Made by a program: the position numbers and the translations under genes. DNA of 64,000 bases from Chthonomonadales bacterium (GTDB lineage: Bacteria; Armatimonadota; Chthonomonadetes; Chthonomonadales; Chthonomonadaceae). Shown piece after piece: positions 38,901 through 49,130 of this stretch. The stretch spans positions 1 to 64,000 of the forward strand of contig JBBQPO010000001.1 of NCBI GenBank assembly GCA_038217285.1, in the 5' to 3' direction. Numbering within the stretch: position 1 is the first letter of the stretch; the number at the start of each line of letters is the position of its first letter. The notes under the pieces are model-generated. The model ran no database searches and was not told the origin of the DNA. It saw nothing but the letters and a program-made list of their open reading frames with translations.

Positions 38901-40163
38901 CTAAGCAGGGTCCGCGCCTTGCCAGAGCGCGGAGAGCGGCACGGCGAAGAGCTTTGCTCCGAACGGCACCACGCGCTCACCTGTATAGAGCACGATGCCA
39001 CGCACAAAGCGCTCCGCTGTCAGCGCTTCCAACGCGCGCAGGCCCTTGAAGTCCTCTGCCCCTACCGTGCTGGACGCTTTCACTTCTATGCCGACCAGGG
39101 TGCCATCGCGCTTTTCCAGCAGCAGATCTACTTCTTCTCGGTTGGCGGTATGCCAATGGTAGAGCGTTGGGCGTGTTTCGCTCCAGCCGATGTCTTTTAG
39201 CACCTCCATGACCACAAAATTTTCGAGAAGGCCGCCCAGATGCGTCGGTTCCTGCAAGAGTCTCGCTTCCGAGACACCGAGCAGATGCGCTGCAAGCCCG
39301 GTATCCGTCAATACGATTTTCGGCGATTTAATAAGACGGGTCGTCAGGTTTCCACTCCACGCTGGCACCGTGCGGACAAGATAGGTGGTTTCGAGCAGAG
39401 TCAGGTAGCGCGTGAGCGTGGAGTAAGGCACGTTGGCGGTGCGAGAAATGTCTGCAGCGTTCAGGAGCGAAGCGGTCCGAGCCGCAAGCAGTGCCAGGAG
39501 GCGCGGCATCTGAGTAAGGCCTTCAATGTTAGCCAGATCTCTGACATCCCGCTGCAGAATGGTTGCGATATACGATTCAAACCAGTTCTGTCGCCTTCTC
39601 GCGGGACGAGTCATCGGTTCGGGGTAGCCTCCCCGCACAACACGTCCTATAATATCTTCGCGTGATGTCACAGGCGCGGAGGCAAAGGCGTTCAGAGGCG
39701 AGGCGAAAGCAAACAGTCTGTCGACAAAACTCACACTTACCCCTTCGATCTCCGCTTGCGCGAGAGGCCACAGGGTCAGAATCTCCATACGGCCAGCCAG
39801 AGATTCAGAGAGCCTGGGAAGCAAGAGAACATTGGTCGATCCAGTCAGCAAAAAGCGTCCGGGCCGCCTGTCTCGATCCACGCTGGCTTTGATCACAGGA
39901 AATAGTCCGGGCACGCGCTGTACTTCGTCCAGAATGACCGGTTCACCCGAAGCACTCAAGCTTGCGATAAATCCCGTCGGATCCGAAATAGCCGCCGAAA
40001 GGACATCGAGATCATCGAGCGTAGCATAGGTGGCAGAATTCGATGTTATTTCCTGCGCGCGTACAAGAGTTGTTTTCCCGGTCTGGCGGGCACCACCCAG
40101 AAGCACGACAGGAGTGTCGGCCAGTGCATCCCGCATTTGCTCGGCTACATTTCGTCGGTACAT
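38901..40163 (-). CDS. AAA+ ATPase with DUF4143 domain
   Basis: GARQTGKTT, ILDEVQR, FLLTGS, ESLAGR, GGYP, DTGL, EVDLL...IEVK. Confidence 0.9.
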   Translation of the reverse strand: MYRRNVAEQMRDALADTPVVLLGGARQTGKTTLVRAQEITSNSATYATLDDLDVLSAAISDPTGFIASLSASGEPVILDEVQRVPGLFPVIKASVDRDRRPGRFLLTGSTNVLLLPRLSESLAGRMEILTLWPLAQAEIEGVSVSFVDRLFAFASPLNAFASAPVTSREDIIGRVVRGGYPEPMTRPARRRQNWFESYIATILQRDVRDLANIEGLTQMPRLLALLAARTASLLNAADISRTANVPYSTLTRYLTLLETTYLVRTVPAWSGNLTTRLIKSPKIVLTDTGLAAHLLGVSEARLLQEPTHLGGLLENFVVMEVLKDIGWSETRPTLYHWHTANREEVDLLLEKRDGTLVGIEVKASSTVGAEDFKGLRALEALTAERFVRGIVLYTGERVVPFGAKLFAVPLSALWQGADPA

Positions 40164-40276
40164 GGGTATATATTACCCACACTGTGGTGATTTTGCATAG
40201 GTTTCTTTTAGCCGCTATGGTCAACGTCCCACCAAAAGCGAATGGGCCTCTTGATCCCAATGTTAGGCTTCCATCC

Positions 40277-40318
40277 TTGACAGCCTCTGCTACATCGTGT
40301 ACAATCCTTACAATGTAG
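40277..40318 (+). promoter_or_regulatory. Sigma70 promoter of the TA operon with overlapping inverted-repeat operator
   Basis: TTGACA-17 bp-TACAAT; the CTACATCGT...ACAATGTAG inverted repeat (8/9) spans the -10 box. Confidence 0.7.
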
Positions 40319-40343
40319 TGCGGGTAGAGGAGGAGAGAATCCT

Positions 40344-40787
40344 ATGTCTCAGGTCGTCAGTTTGCGCCTGCCGGATGCGACGGCGGAACGCCTGAAGATG
40401 AATGCGCGGCGAACCGGAAGAACCGTCAACGAAACTGCCGCACGCTCTCTCGAAGAGTGGCTGCGACAGGAAGAGTTCGCCGACATCGAGTTTCGCAGCT
40501 TCAATGGCGAGCGCCATGCCTGCCTCAAAGGCGCGCTTCCGGTCTGGCAGTTCATTATGGTCGCAAAAGACCACGACATGGACGCGGACAGGACGGCGGC
40601 CTATTTCCGATTTCCGATCCCTCGGGTGAAAGCGGCTTTTCATTACTATGAAGCCTATCCGCACGAGATCGATTCGGTGATTGCCGACAACGACGCCATG
40701 ACATTCGACAAACTCAAGCGCCTTCTGCCGCAGTTGGAAGGCATCGCGGTACCGCCGTCGGTGTTGGATGGCGAGAGCGCCGCGTAG
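40344..40787 (+). CDS. Antitoxin-like protein: N-terminal RHH-like DNA-binding domain plus DUF433
   Basis: VVSLRLPDATAERLK (RHH), then ACLKGALPVWQFI...VKAAFHYYEAYPHEID (DUF433-like). Confidence 0.8.
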   Translation: MSQVVSLRLPDATAERLKMNARRTGRTVNETAARSLEEWLRQEEFADIEFRSFNGERHACLKGALPVWQFIMVAKDHDMDADRTAAYFRFPIPRVKAAFHYYEAYPHEIDSVIADNDAMTFDKLKRLLPQLEGIAVPPSVLDGESAA

Positions 40788-41167
40788 TGTTGTCGCTGTT
40801 GCTGGACCAGCATATCTCCGTGGAGATCGCCGAACAGGTGCGGGCAAAACGGCCGGAGATTCCGATTCGGAGCCTTTATGAGTGGCGCAACGGCGCGTTT
40901 ATAGGGGCCGCCGATCCGATTATTCTGCAGGCGGCTGCAGCCGAGAGTCTCACGCTGGTCACCTACGACCGCCAGACTATTCCGCCGGTTCTACGGGAAT
41001 GGGGAATCTCGGGCATCGCTCATGGCGGTGTGCTCTTTGTGGACAACCGTACGATAGCTACCAACGATTTCGGACGGCTGATTCGCGCACTGATCTACTA
41101 CTGGGACCGTGAACAGAACAACGGTTGGGCGAATCGGATCGGGTTTCTGCCTGCTCCTCTCGGATAA
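40787..41167 (+). CDS. DUF5615/PIN-like toxin
   Basis: LLLDQHIS, DPIILQAA...LTLVTYD, HGGVLFV; translationally coupled to the antitoxin. Confidence 0.8.
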   Translation: MLSLLLDQHISVEIAEQVRAKRPEIPIRSLYEWRNGAFIGAADPIILQAAAAESLTLVTYDRQTIPPVLREWGISGIAHGGVLFVDNRTIATNDFGRLIRALIYYWDREQNNGWANRIGFLPAPLG

Positions 41168-41257
41168 TCGGCATAGACCAGGGCGTTGCAGGGAAGAGGG
41201 CAGAGGCGCCTGTGTGTACCGCGTGTACGGAGGCACAGGCACATCTGCCCGTGCGGC

Positions 41258-43183
41258 TCACCGGTAGGCGGCGGCCTGGAGATCGAAGAGTTCGGCGTAG
41301 GTGCCGCCCAGGGCGAGTAGCTCCTCGTGGGTGCCGTTCTCCTTGATACTGCCGTCCTCCAGCACGAGGATTCGATCCGCGAGTCGGACGGTTCCGAAGC
41401 GGTGGCTGATGAAGAGCGCCATCTTCCCGGTGGTCAGTTGCTGCATCTGCGCGAAGATCTCGGCTTCGGCGCGTGCATCCAGGCTGGCGGTCGGCTCGTC
41501 GAGGATCAGCACCTCCGCATCCCGCATGAAGGCGCGGGCCAGCGCCACCTTCTGCCACTCGCCCCCGGAGAGCTGGACGCCCTCGTCGAACCAGCGGCCG
41601 AGCGTGGTGTCGTAGCCGCTCGGCAGCCGCGCGATCATCTCCGCCGCTCCGCTCTTGTCCGCCGCCTCCTCTATCCGCACGCGATCCTCGACATCGCGGA
41701 TCCGCCCCACCCCGATATTCTCCGCCGCGCTGAAGAAGTAGGTCACGTAGTCCTGAAAGATCACGCCGACCGCCAGCCGCAGCGACTCCAGGTCGTACTC
41801 GCGAATGTCGCGGCCGTTCAGGAAGATCACGCCCTCGCCGGGGTCGTAGAGGCGCGTGAGCAGCTTGACGATCGTCGTCTTACCCGCTCCGTTGCGCCCT
41901 ACCAGCGCGATCGTCTCGTCCAGAGCAAGGGTAAAGCTGACATCGTTCAGGGCAGGCGCGCTCTTATTCGGGTAGGTAAAGCTGACGTTGCGGAACTCGA
42001 TGCCCGATTCGAGGACGGGCGGAAGCGCGAGGGCGTCGGGTCGATTGCGGATCCTGGGCTCATAGTCGAGGTAAGAGAAGAGGTTGTTGAGATAGAGCCC
42101 GCCCTCGTAGAGCGAGGAGAAGCTGCCGAGGATGCTCTGAAAGCTGGACTGTACGCTGCTCACGGCCTGCGTGTAGAGGGTCAGATCCCCAAGCGTCAGG
42201 CGGCGCGAGATCGCCTGCAGAGCGACATAGAGAAACGTGCTGCTGGTCACCAGGGTCGTGAGGTTTCCCCAGAGGAAGCCCATCAGGGCGCGGCGGGTGA
42301 ACAGCGCCTGATTCTCGCGGTAGAAGCGATCCGCGATCTCTTTCCAGCGCTTCAGAAAATGACGGCCCAGTCCGAAGAGCTTGATCTCCTTGTTGTAGGT
42401 GTCTTTGGTCAGCAGGTCGAGGAAGTAGCCCATACGGCGGCGGTCCGGTGACTGTCGGCGAGCCTGCATGAAGCCGCGCCAGCCGTAACGTGTGCTCGCG
42501 ATGAAGCTGGGGATCGGAGCCACCAGCGCCATGGCGGCGACACCCGGCCCGAGCCGAGCCATCAGCACGATCATCGAGAGGAAGGTGATCAGCGAGCGCA
42601 CCAGGCTCAGGAGTTGCTGCACCATGCCGATAGGGCGGTACGACGCCTCGCTCTGCGCCTGCTGGAGGGTGTCGTAAAACTTGGGATCTTCGAAGAAGGC
42701 GAGGTCGAGCCGGTTCGCATGCTCCATGATCGTGAGCTGGACGCGGATGCCGGTCAGCTCCTGCAGACCCTGCTGCACGATACTCTGTGTCACCTGCAGC
42801 AGCGCACTCGCCAGCAGCAGCGCCAACTGCGTACCGACCAGGACCATGACCCAATGGACCTCCGCCGTGCGCCCTCCGACGCTCGTGGCGGCGACCACCG
42901 CATCGATCAGCAGCTTGGTGACCCAGGCGGTAGCGGTGGGGATAGCGCCCCCAATAACTGCCATCAACGCCAACCCGACCGTGAAGCCCCGATGCGCTCC
43001 CCAGACCAGCCCGAACGCGCGCGGCAGCCCCGAGAGGATCACGCGCACATTCTCCCGAGATCGCTTCCACTGCTCCCGTAACGACAGCGGAGCCACTTCT
43101 TCCGGTCCTGCCTTGGGCGGCGGCGCGCCCTCTCCGCGCCCGACGAACTGCGGACCCTCCTCACCCCCTCTGCGTTGACGCAT
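41258..43183 (-). CDS. ABC exporter (fused TMD + ATPase)
   Basis: GRNGAGKTT, LSGGEWQKVALARA, ILDEPTASLD, ISHR; N-terminal TM helices. Confidence 0.93.
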   Translation of the reverse strand: MRQRRGGEEGPQFVGRGEGAPPPKAGPEEVAPLSLREQWKRSRENVRVILSGLPRAFGLVWGAHRGFTVGLALMAVIGGAIPTATAWVTKLLIDAVVAATSVGGRTAEVHWVMVLVGTQLALLLASALLQVTQSIVQQGLQELTGIRVQLTIMEHANRLDLAFFEDPKFYDTLQQAQSEASYRPIGMVQQLLSLVRSLITFLSMIVLMARLGPGVAAMALVAPIPSFIASTRYGWRGFMQARRQSPDRRRMGYFLDLLTKDTYNKEIKLFGLGRHFLKRWKEIADRFYRENQALFTRRALMGFLWGNLTTLVTSSTFLYVALQAISRRLTLGDLTLYTQAVSSVQSSFQSILGSFSSLYEGGLYLNNLFSYLDYEPRIRNRPDALALPPVLESGIEFRNVSFTYPNKSAPALNDVSFTLALDETIALVGRNGAGKTTIVKLLTRLYDPGEGVIFLNGRDIREYDLESLRLAVGVIFQDYVTYFFSAAENIGVGRIRDVEDRVRIEEAADKSGAAEMIARLPSGYDTTLGRWFDEGVQLSGGEWQKVALARAFMRDAEVLILDEPTASLDARAEAEIFAQMQQLTTGKMALFISHRFGTVRLADRILVLEDGSIKENGTHEELLALGGTYAELFDLQAAAYR

Positions 43184-43343
43184 CGTGAACCCCCTCGCCG
43201 TAAACGTGGTCAGGACTCTATGGAGCCGGACCTTCTCCTGTCATCCGAAAAGAGCCGTCTTTTTGTGTACAGGGATAGATATTACCACGGCACGGTGTTT
43301 TCGCCTGAGTATCCGTGATTTGATGCAGTCAGAGGAAGGAGGT

Positions 43344-43760
43344 TCAAGAGGGAAGATGCAGGACAACGTTGCCGGACTGAACGGTGACCGGGAATGTCTC
43401 GACGACTGCCTCCGTTTCGGCGCTTTCGAGAGGATCGACGGTCACCTCGTAGGCACGCACGCGTACCTTCTGGGGGCTGCAGACCGAGCGCCCTGTGGTC
43501 ACATCGAACTCCCAGCCGTGCCAGGGGCAGCGGAGTATCTCGCCTTCGCGGGCCCAGATATATTCGCCGGGCTGCGACGGCAGGGCCGTTCCCTTCACGC
43601 TTCCCAAGCAGAGCGGAGCGCCCTGATGCGGGCAGCGGTTCCGCAGCGCGTAGTAGACGCCGTTCACATTGAACACGCCTATGGAGATCCCGTTCACCGC
43701 GACGATCTTGCGCTGTCCGGGCCCGATCTCCGCCGTCGAGCCCACCACATATTTTGCCAT
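43344..43760 (-). CDS. Rieske [2Fe-2S] ferredoxin
   Basis: CPHQGAPLC...CPWHGWEFD; start MAKY at 43760. Confidence 0.92.
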   Translation of the reverse strand: MAKYVVGSTAEIGPGQRKIVAVNGISIGVFNVNGVYYALRNRCPHQGAPLCLGSVKGTALPSQPGEYIWAREGEILRCPWHGWEFDVTTGRSVCSPQKVRVRAYEVTVDPLESAETEAVVETFPVTVQSGNVVLHLPS

Positions 43761-43774
43761 CTGTCCCGGCTCCC

Positions 43775-44863
43775 TTATAGTCCGTACCACTCACGTGCAT
43801 TGGCTTCGAAGATGCGATGATGCAGGGCTTCCGGCAGCTTCGGAAAGGCGTGCGACGGCGAATCGAAATCCCAGTGTGGATAGTCGGACGAAAACATCAG
43901 CAGATTTTCGGCATCCATCATCTCCAGCATCTGCAGGAAATGTCTGTCATCCTCGGGCCGTTCCAGTGGCTGTGTGGTAAAGCGAACATGATCTCGCAGG
44001 TAGGCAGACGGGGGCCGCTTCACCCAGGGAACCTCCGTGCGCAGCGCTTTCCACTCCGCATCCAGCCGCCACATCAAGCCGGGAATCCACGCGGTGCCCC
44101 CTTCCGTCAGCACCACGCGGAACTTCGGAAACTTTTCGAAGACGCCTTCGGTGAGCAGAGAGACCAGATGCGCCTGGAAGGCCAACGAGAGACAGGTGTG
44201 CCACTCGATATAGTGCGTCGGAAAGCCGGGCGAGGGCTGCACATTGATCCCCATCCCGTCTGTACCGGGATGGATCGCGAACGGCAGATCGTGTTTCGCG
44301 CAGGCTTCGTAGATCGGATGGTACTGGCGCTGGCCGAAGGGAGCGCGTGCGCCCGAGTCCGTCATGACCTGCACGAAGTGCGGGTGGCCCGCCCAGCGCT
44401 CGATCTCCCGTGCGGCCGCGTGAGGGTCCTGATGAGCCACGGTGATCGAGCCTTTGAACACGCCATCCGCATTGTATTTGTCCAGCCAGGTCTCCGCCAG
44501 CCAGTCGTTGAAGGCCGCAGCAATGGCCGTGCCGAAATCGGGATCGGGGTGCAGATTACAGAAGGAGCGCGGCAGTAAGATGGCATGGGCCATGCCGTGC
44601 TCCTCCACGAGTTGTGTGCGCAGGAAGTCCGGGTCGCTTCCCGCCCCTCCCCCGCCCGGCGGGTTCGAATCCAGTCGCGCGCCATGCACAGGATTGCCGA
44701 AGAAGCCGCGCCCGCCCCCGTTCCAGCGGTCCCGAAACGGCATCGGCATATGCGCCTTGATCTCCGCCACGCTCCTCGGGCCGGGATGCACATCGCAGTC
44801 GATGATCCCGACACGGCGCTCGCGCGTCGGGCGCGCCTCACGTTCCGACAAAAATGTGGTCAT
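43775..44863 (-). CDS. Amidohydrolase_2-fold metalloprotein, possibly a dinuclear oxygenase
   Basis: IIDCDVH, AIHP, EGG, FSSDYPHWD; start MTTFL at 44863. Confidence 0.85.
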   Translation of the reverse strand: MTTFLSEREARPTRERRVGIIDCDVHPGPRSVAEIKAHMPMPFRDRWNGGGRGFFGNPVHGARLDSNPPGGGGAGSDPDFLRTQLVEEHGMAHAILLPRSFCNLHPDPDFGTAIAAAFNDWLAETWLDKYNADGVFKGSITVAHQDPHAAAREIERWAGHPHFVQVMTDSGARAPFGQRQYHPIYEACAKHDLPFAIHPGTDGMGINVQPSPGFPTHYIEWHTCLSLAFQAHLVSLLTEGVFEKFPKFRVVLTEGGTAWIPGLMWRLDAEWKALRTEVPWVKRPPSAYLRDHVRFTTQPLERPEDDRHFLQMLEMMDAENLLMFSSDYPHWDFDSPSHAFPKLPEALHHRIFEANAREWYGL

Positions 44864-45777
44864 GGTTCCCTGACTCCTCTTTCCGAATGGGCTTTTGTGG
44901 CCTGCTCGTCCGCCTCTTTGTAGATTCCAGCGGTGCGCAGAGGAATCGCGGACAGGTCGAAGTCCGGCTTGAACTCCTCTGCCAGACGCACGTTTCGGGT
45001 GATCTCCTCCGGCCAGCGCGCGCCCACCAGCGCGGTATGTACACGGGGATCGGATAGCACGAAGCGCAGGCAGACCTCGTAGGGATCCTGCGCCGCCAGC
45101 CATGCGGGCGCCAGGTCGCGAAGTATACGCTGCAGAATACCGCTGGTCATCGGACGCATGATCGCCACGCCCAGATCCCCCTCTTTCGCTTTCGGCAGCG
45201 CCTGTTCCGCCGCCTGATGATTGAGAAGGTTATAGCGCAACTGCACCACATCGAAAAGGCCGGAGGCCATCAGCGGCAAGGCAGTGAAGGGCTCCTCGCA
45301 GGTGAAGCCCACAAAGCGCACTTTGCCCTCGTCCCGAAGATTGGTCAGCGCCTCCAGCGGGCCATTCTCCAGAATGTGGCGTGTATCGGCCTCCGTAAAC
45401 ATGCCGCCGTGGAACTGGACGATATCGACGGTGTCGCGCCGCAGTCGCCGCAGCGAAGCCTCCACACTGGCACGCACCTCCGTCGCGCCGACTCCCTGCC
45501 AGGGGCATTTGGTCGCCAGCGTGTAGGCCGCCTGAACGCCTTCCAGGGCCTCGCCAAAGATGCTCTCGGAGTTCCCGTCTCCGTAGCCGGGCGCGGTATC
45601 GAAGTAGTCGATCCCACACTCCACGGCCGTTCGGATCGTTGTCAGCGCCATCGCGCGTCCCTCGGGCGTGAAAGGGTTCCATCCCGACGCTTCGTTCACG
45701 CCGCCGAACGGAAAACCGCCCAGGCCCAGGCGCGTCACTTGCAGATTAGTTTTACCGAATCGGTTCGTTGGCAGCAT
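44860..45777 (-). CDS. Aldo/keto reductase
   Basis: LGLGG, FDTAPGYGDGNSE, ATK, SLRRLRRDTVDIVQFH, QLRYNLL. Confidence 0.92.
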   Translation of the reverse strand: MLPTNRFGKTNLQVTRLGLGGFPFGGVNEASGWNPFTPEGRAMALTTIRTAVECGIDYFDTAPGYGDGNSESIFGEALEGVQAAYTLATKCPWQGVGATEVRASVEASLRRLRRDTVDIVQFHGGMFTEADTRHILENGPLEALTNLRDEGKVRFVGFTCEEPFTALPLMASGLFDVVQLRYNLLNHQAAEQALPKAKEGDLGVAIMRPMTSGILQRILRDLAPAWLAAQDPYEVCLRFVLSDPRVHTALVGARWPEEITRNVRLAEEFKPDFDLSAIPLRTAGIYKEADEQATKAHSERGVREP

Positions 45778-45803
45778 GTTTCCTCGTCTCTGTTCCGTGG
45801 CAC

Positions 45804-46430
45804 CTAGCGGGCGGCCAAAAAGTAGTTGTCGTGTCCGGGAATCACGATATCGGCGATCTGTGCGAGGGCTTCTATGGAGCGGGTGGCGAGCTCGAAATCT
45901 GCGGAGTTGAAGTAGCCACGCCGGTCGTTCCAGAAGTCACGGTTCATCGCGGCATCGGCGGCGATCACGACGGAGCGCCCCTCGCAGTCGAAGCGCAGGC
46001 TGTGATGGCTGAGACTGTGTCCCGGAGTAGGGAGGATCTCTACAGCGTCGTAGAGCAGACCGGTCTGCGCTTCGACCGCCCTGTCATACTGTCCGGAACG
46101 ATTCAGGATGTCGGCGACAGGAGGAGCGGCCCACCATTTTGCGTGCGGAAAGTGCTTCAGGCCGAAGTGATGATCGCCATGTTCATGGGTCATGAAGACC
46201 GCATCTATCTCTTCCAGCTTGCACCCGGTGCGCCGATCCAACTCCGCGCGCATCTGCGCTTCATCCTGTAAAGAGGGGTCTACCAGCAGTCGGAAGCCAT
46301 CGCCGGTCACCAGCGTACAGGTGCAGATTGCGGATCGATACGCCTGTTCGTCTCGCTCGCCCCAGTACCGGTTTCGAGAGATGTTGCCGATGGTCACGAT
46401 GTCCCAGCGAACGATGTCAACGTGGCTCAT
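45804..46430 (-). CDS. Metallo-beta-lactamase-fold hydrolase
   Basis: THEHGDHH, TPGHS, AADA, IPGHD. Confidence 0.9.
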   Translation of the reverse strand: MSHVDIVRWDIVTIGNISRNRYWGERDEQAYRSAICTCTLVTGDGFRLLVDPSLQDEAQMRAELDRRTGCKLEEIDAVFMTHEHGDHHFGLKHFPHAKWWAAPPVADILNRSGQYDRAVEAQTGLLYDAVEILPTPGHSLSHHSLRFDCEGRSVVIAADAAMNRDFWNDRRGYFNSADFELATRSIEALAQIADIVIPGHDNYFLAAR

Positions 46431-46500
46431 TATATCTCCTCATGGTGGGATAGTGTCCGTCAAATGTCTGAGAAAAACTCTGCCCTGGCAGGCTGGTCGA

Positions 46501-48651
46501 TCAGGCTTTGAGGCCGTTGGGCGCCAGGGGCAGGGTATACAGCGGCTGGCCGGTCGCATTGAAGAGGGCGTTGCGGATGGCGGGCGCGATGACGACGATG
46601 GGCGTCTCCCCTGCCCCCTGTGAGGGCAGGTCTTTGCGATCCACGAGCACGATCTCGATGGGCGGCACGTCGGCGAAACGCGGGACGCGGTAGGCGGCCA
46701 GGTGCGGATTGAGAATTTTGCCCTGCTCGAACTGAATGGCCTCGAACAGCGCACCCCCCATGCCCATCACGAGCGAACCCTCCACCTGATTTTGCAGATG
46801 CAGCGGGTTGACGATCGCGCCGCACTCGAAAGCCGCGACGATCCGTGTCACCTGCACTTTGCCGGTAACTCTCTCGACCATAACCTCCACACAGCCGGCG
46901 ACATAGCTTCCCTTTTCCGTGCCACAGGCCAGACCATAGCCACGCCCAGGGGCAGCGCGCCGCTTGTCCCAGCCAAAGTGCGTTGCAGCCGCTTCCAGCA
47001 CGGCGCGCAAACGCGGATCTTCGAGATTCTTGAGGCGAAAGGCGAGCGGATCGAGCTTGACGGCATGGGCCAGGTCGTCGATATGCGATTCGCGCGCGAA
47101 GTGGTTGGCGGTGGCGGCCAGACCACGATAGGAGCCTTCGCGCAGCGGCGCCTGAGTCCGATGGAAATCGGCGCGCTGATCGGGAACGGCGTAAGGGGCG
47201 CGAATGCCGGACGGCCCGGAATTGTAGTTGTCGAACTCCCAGTGCGTCAGGGTTCCATCGGCCTGCGCCGTTGCCTTGACGTCGATGACCCCTGCCGGCC
47301 GGAAGTAGGCCCAGGTGAACTCCTCTTCCCGCGTCCAGACCAGTTTGACGGGTTTGCCCGCCGCACGGGCGAGCCGCGCCGCTTCGATGGCGACCTCGCC
47401 GGTATGCTTGCCGCCATAGCCCGACCCAGTATCCGGAACGATCACGCGCACACTGCTTTCCGGCACTTTGAGCGCTGTCGCCAGGTCGCTGCGCACACCG
47501 AAGGGACGCTGAGTGCCGGTCCAGACCGTGAGACGATCATCCTTCCACTCCGCGACCGCCGCGCGCGGTTCGAGCGGGGTGTGCGCGATATAGGCGACCG
47601 TGTACGTCGCCGCTATGGTGGAACCGGTCGCAGCAGGATCGGACGCCTTCGCCTCTCCCGTTTTCCCTGCCTTCGCGCCCGGTCGTAGCTGCTCGTAGAG
47701 AGTCTGACCGGACGGCTGGGCAACGGTCTGCCAGTCGGCTTTGAGCGCCTCCAGCGCGGCGACCGCTTCGTGCATCGAGGGCGCCGTGATGCCCACGAAG
47801 TCGCCCTCCTGCACGACGGTGACGCCGGGCATCGCTTTCGCGGCCTGCGCGTCGAGGGAGTTCAGCGTGGCATGAAAGGCCGCAGGGCGCAGGATCTTGC
47901 CGTACAGCATTCCGGCACGTTTGACGTCGGTCGTATACTGGTGGCGGCCGGTGACGAAGGCGCGGCCGTCCGCTTTGGGCGTGGATACTCCCATCACCTT
48001 CCACTCGGCAGTCGGAGTCAGCGCGATGTCGGCAGGGATCGTCTGCGTCAGCTTCTGGCCTTTGACCAGCTCCCCATACGTGACGGTGCGATTCGTGGCG
48101 ACATGATGGATCTTGCCTCCTCTGGCCGTGAGGGCGCTGCGGTCGACCTGCCACTGGGCGGCGGCAAGATCGAGAAGCGTCTCGCGCGCGGCGGCGGCGG
48201 CTTTGCGTAACTGGGGGATCATGGTCGGCGTGGTTCGACTGCCGAAGGTGCCCATATCGTAGGGCGTGAGGTCGGTATCTCCCAGCACCATCTGCACGGA
48301 GCCAAAAGGTACGCGCAGCTCCTCGGCCACAGCCTGCGCCAGGGAGGTGCGGGCGTTCTGCCCGACCTCGACCTTACCGCTATAGACCGTCACCTCGCCA
48401 TTGGCCGCAATGTGCAGCCAGGCTCCAATGGTCTGCGGAGTGGACGGCCCCTGTCGGCGACTGCCGCCGCCGGACTCCTGGGCCTCTGCATCGGGCAGGG
48501 CGACCAGCAGCAGAAGGCCCGCGCCCACCGTACGCAACAGCTCTCGGCGAGACAGAAGCGAAGGCGCATTCGGACTCGGGCGACCGGCGGCGGACAGAGC
48601 CACTGCCTCCTGCGGCTCCGGTTCCGGCAGTAGTAGCGGTCGGCGGCTCAT
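46501..48651 (-). CDS. Xanthine dehydrogenase-family molybdopterin-binding subunit (IorB-like)
   Basis: Tat-like SRRELL, KVEVGQNART, MGTFGSRTT, LEPRAA, GSGYGGK, QVEG, GAGE; start at 48651. Confidence 0.9.
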   Translation of the reverse strand: MSRRPLLLPEPEPQEAVALSAAGRPSPNAPSLLSRRELLRTVGAGLLLLVALPDAEAQESGGGSRRQGPSTPQTIGAWLHIAANGEVTVYSGKVEVGQNARTSLAQAVAEELRVPFGSVQMVLGDTDLTPYDMGTFGSRTTPTMIPQLRKAAAAARETLLDLAAAQWQVDRSALTARGGKIHHVATNRTVTYGELVKGQKLTQTIPADIALTPTAEWKVMGVSTPKADGRAFVTGRHQYTTDVKRAGMLYGKILRPAAFHATLNSLDAQAAKAMPGVTVVQEGDFVGITAPSMHEAVAALEALKADWQTVAQPSGQTLYEQLRPGAKAGKTGEAKASDPAATGSTIAATYTVAYIAHTPLEPRAAVAEWKDDRLTVWTGTQRPFGVRSDLATALKVPESSVRVIVPDTGSGYGGKHTGEVAIEAARLARAAGKPVKLVWTREEEFTWAYFRPAGVIDVKATAQADGTLTHWEFDNYNSGPSGIRAPYAVPDQRADFHRTQAPLREGSYRGLAATANHFARESHIDDLAHAVKLDPLAFRLKNLEDPRLRAVLEAAATHFGWDKRRAAPGRGYGLACGTEKGSYVAGCVEVMVERVTGKVQVTRIVAAFECGAIVNPLHLQNQVEGSLVMGMGGALFEAIQFEQGKILNPHLAAYRVPRFADVPPIEIVLVDRKDLPSQGAGETPIVVIAPAIRNALFNATGQPLYTLPLAPNGLKA

Positions 48652-49130
48652 CGCTTTGCCTCCTTCGGCTGGGCCTCGGCGGCCGCTCGCACGGCGTGCA
48701 CAATGCGGCGGTAGGTGCCGCAGCGGCAGACGTTGCCGTTCATACCGCGAATGATGTCCTGATCGGTCGGATGGGGCGTTTTGCGCAGCAGGCCGACGGC
48801 GGACAGGATCATGCCGGAGGTGCAGTAGCCGCACTGGAGAGCGTCGGCATCGAGGAACGCCTGCTGCACCGGATGGAGGCTGCCCCCGTGTTCGAGGCCT
48901 TCGATGGTCAGCACCTGCTTCTTGGCGACGGAACCGATGGGGGTGATGCAGGATCGGGTGGGCTGTCCGTCGATCAGGACGGTGCAGGCGCCGCACTGGC
49001 CTTCGCCGCAACCGTAGTGCGCGCCGGTCAGGTCGAGATCGTCGCGCAGGACGCTGAGCAGACTGCGCTCCGGAGCGGCTTCAACGGGATGAACGCTCCC
49101 GTTGACGTGAAGTTCGTGTCGGGCAAGCAT
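48648..49130 (-). CDS. (2Fe-2S)-binding small subunit (IorA/CoxS-like)
   Basis: GCGEGQCGACTVL, QCGYCTSG, CRCGTY. Confidence 0.93.
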   Translation of the reverse strand: MLARHELHVNGSVHPVEAAPERSLLSVLRDDLDLTGAHYGCGEGQCGACTVLIDGQPTRSCITPIGSVAKKQVLTIEGLEHGGSLHPVQQAFLDADALQCGYCTSGMILSAVGLLRKTPHPTDQDIIRGMNGNVCRCGTYRRIVHAVRAAAEAQPKEAKR

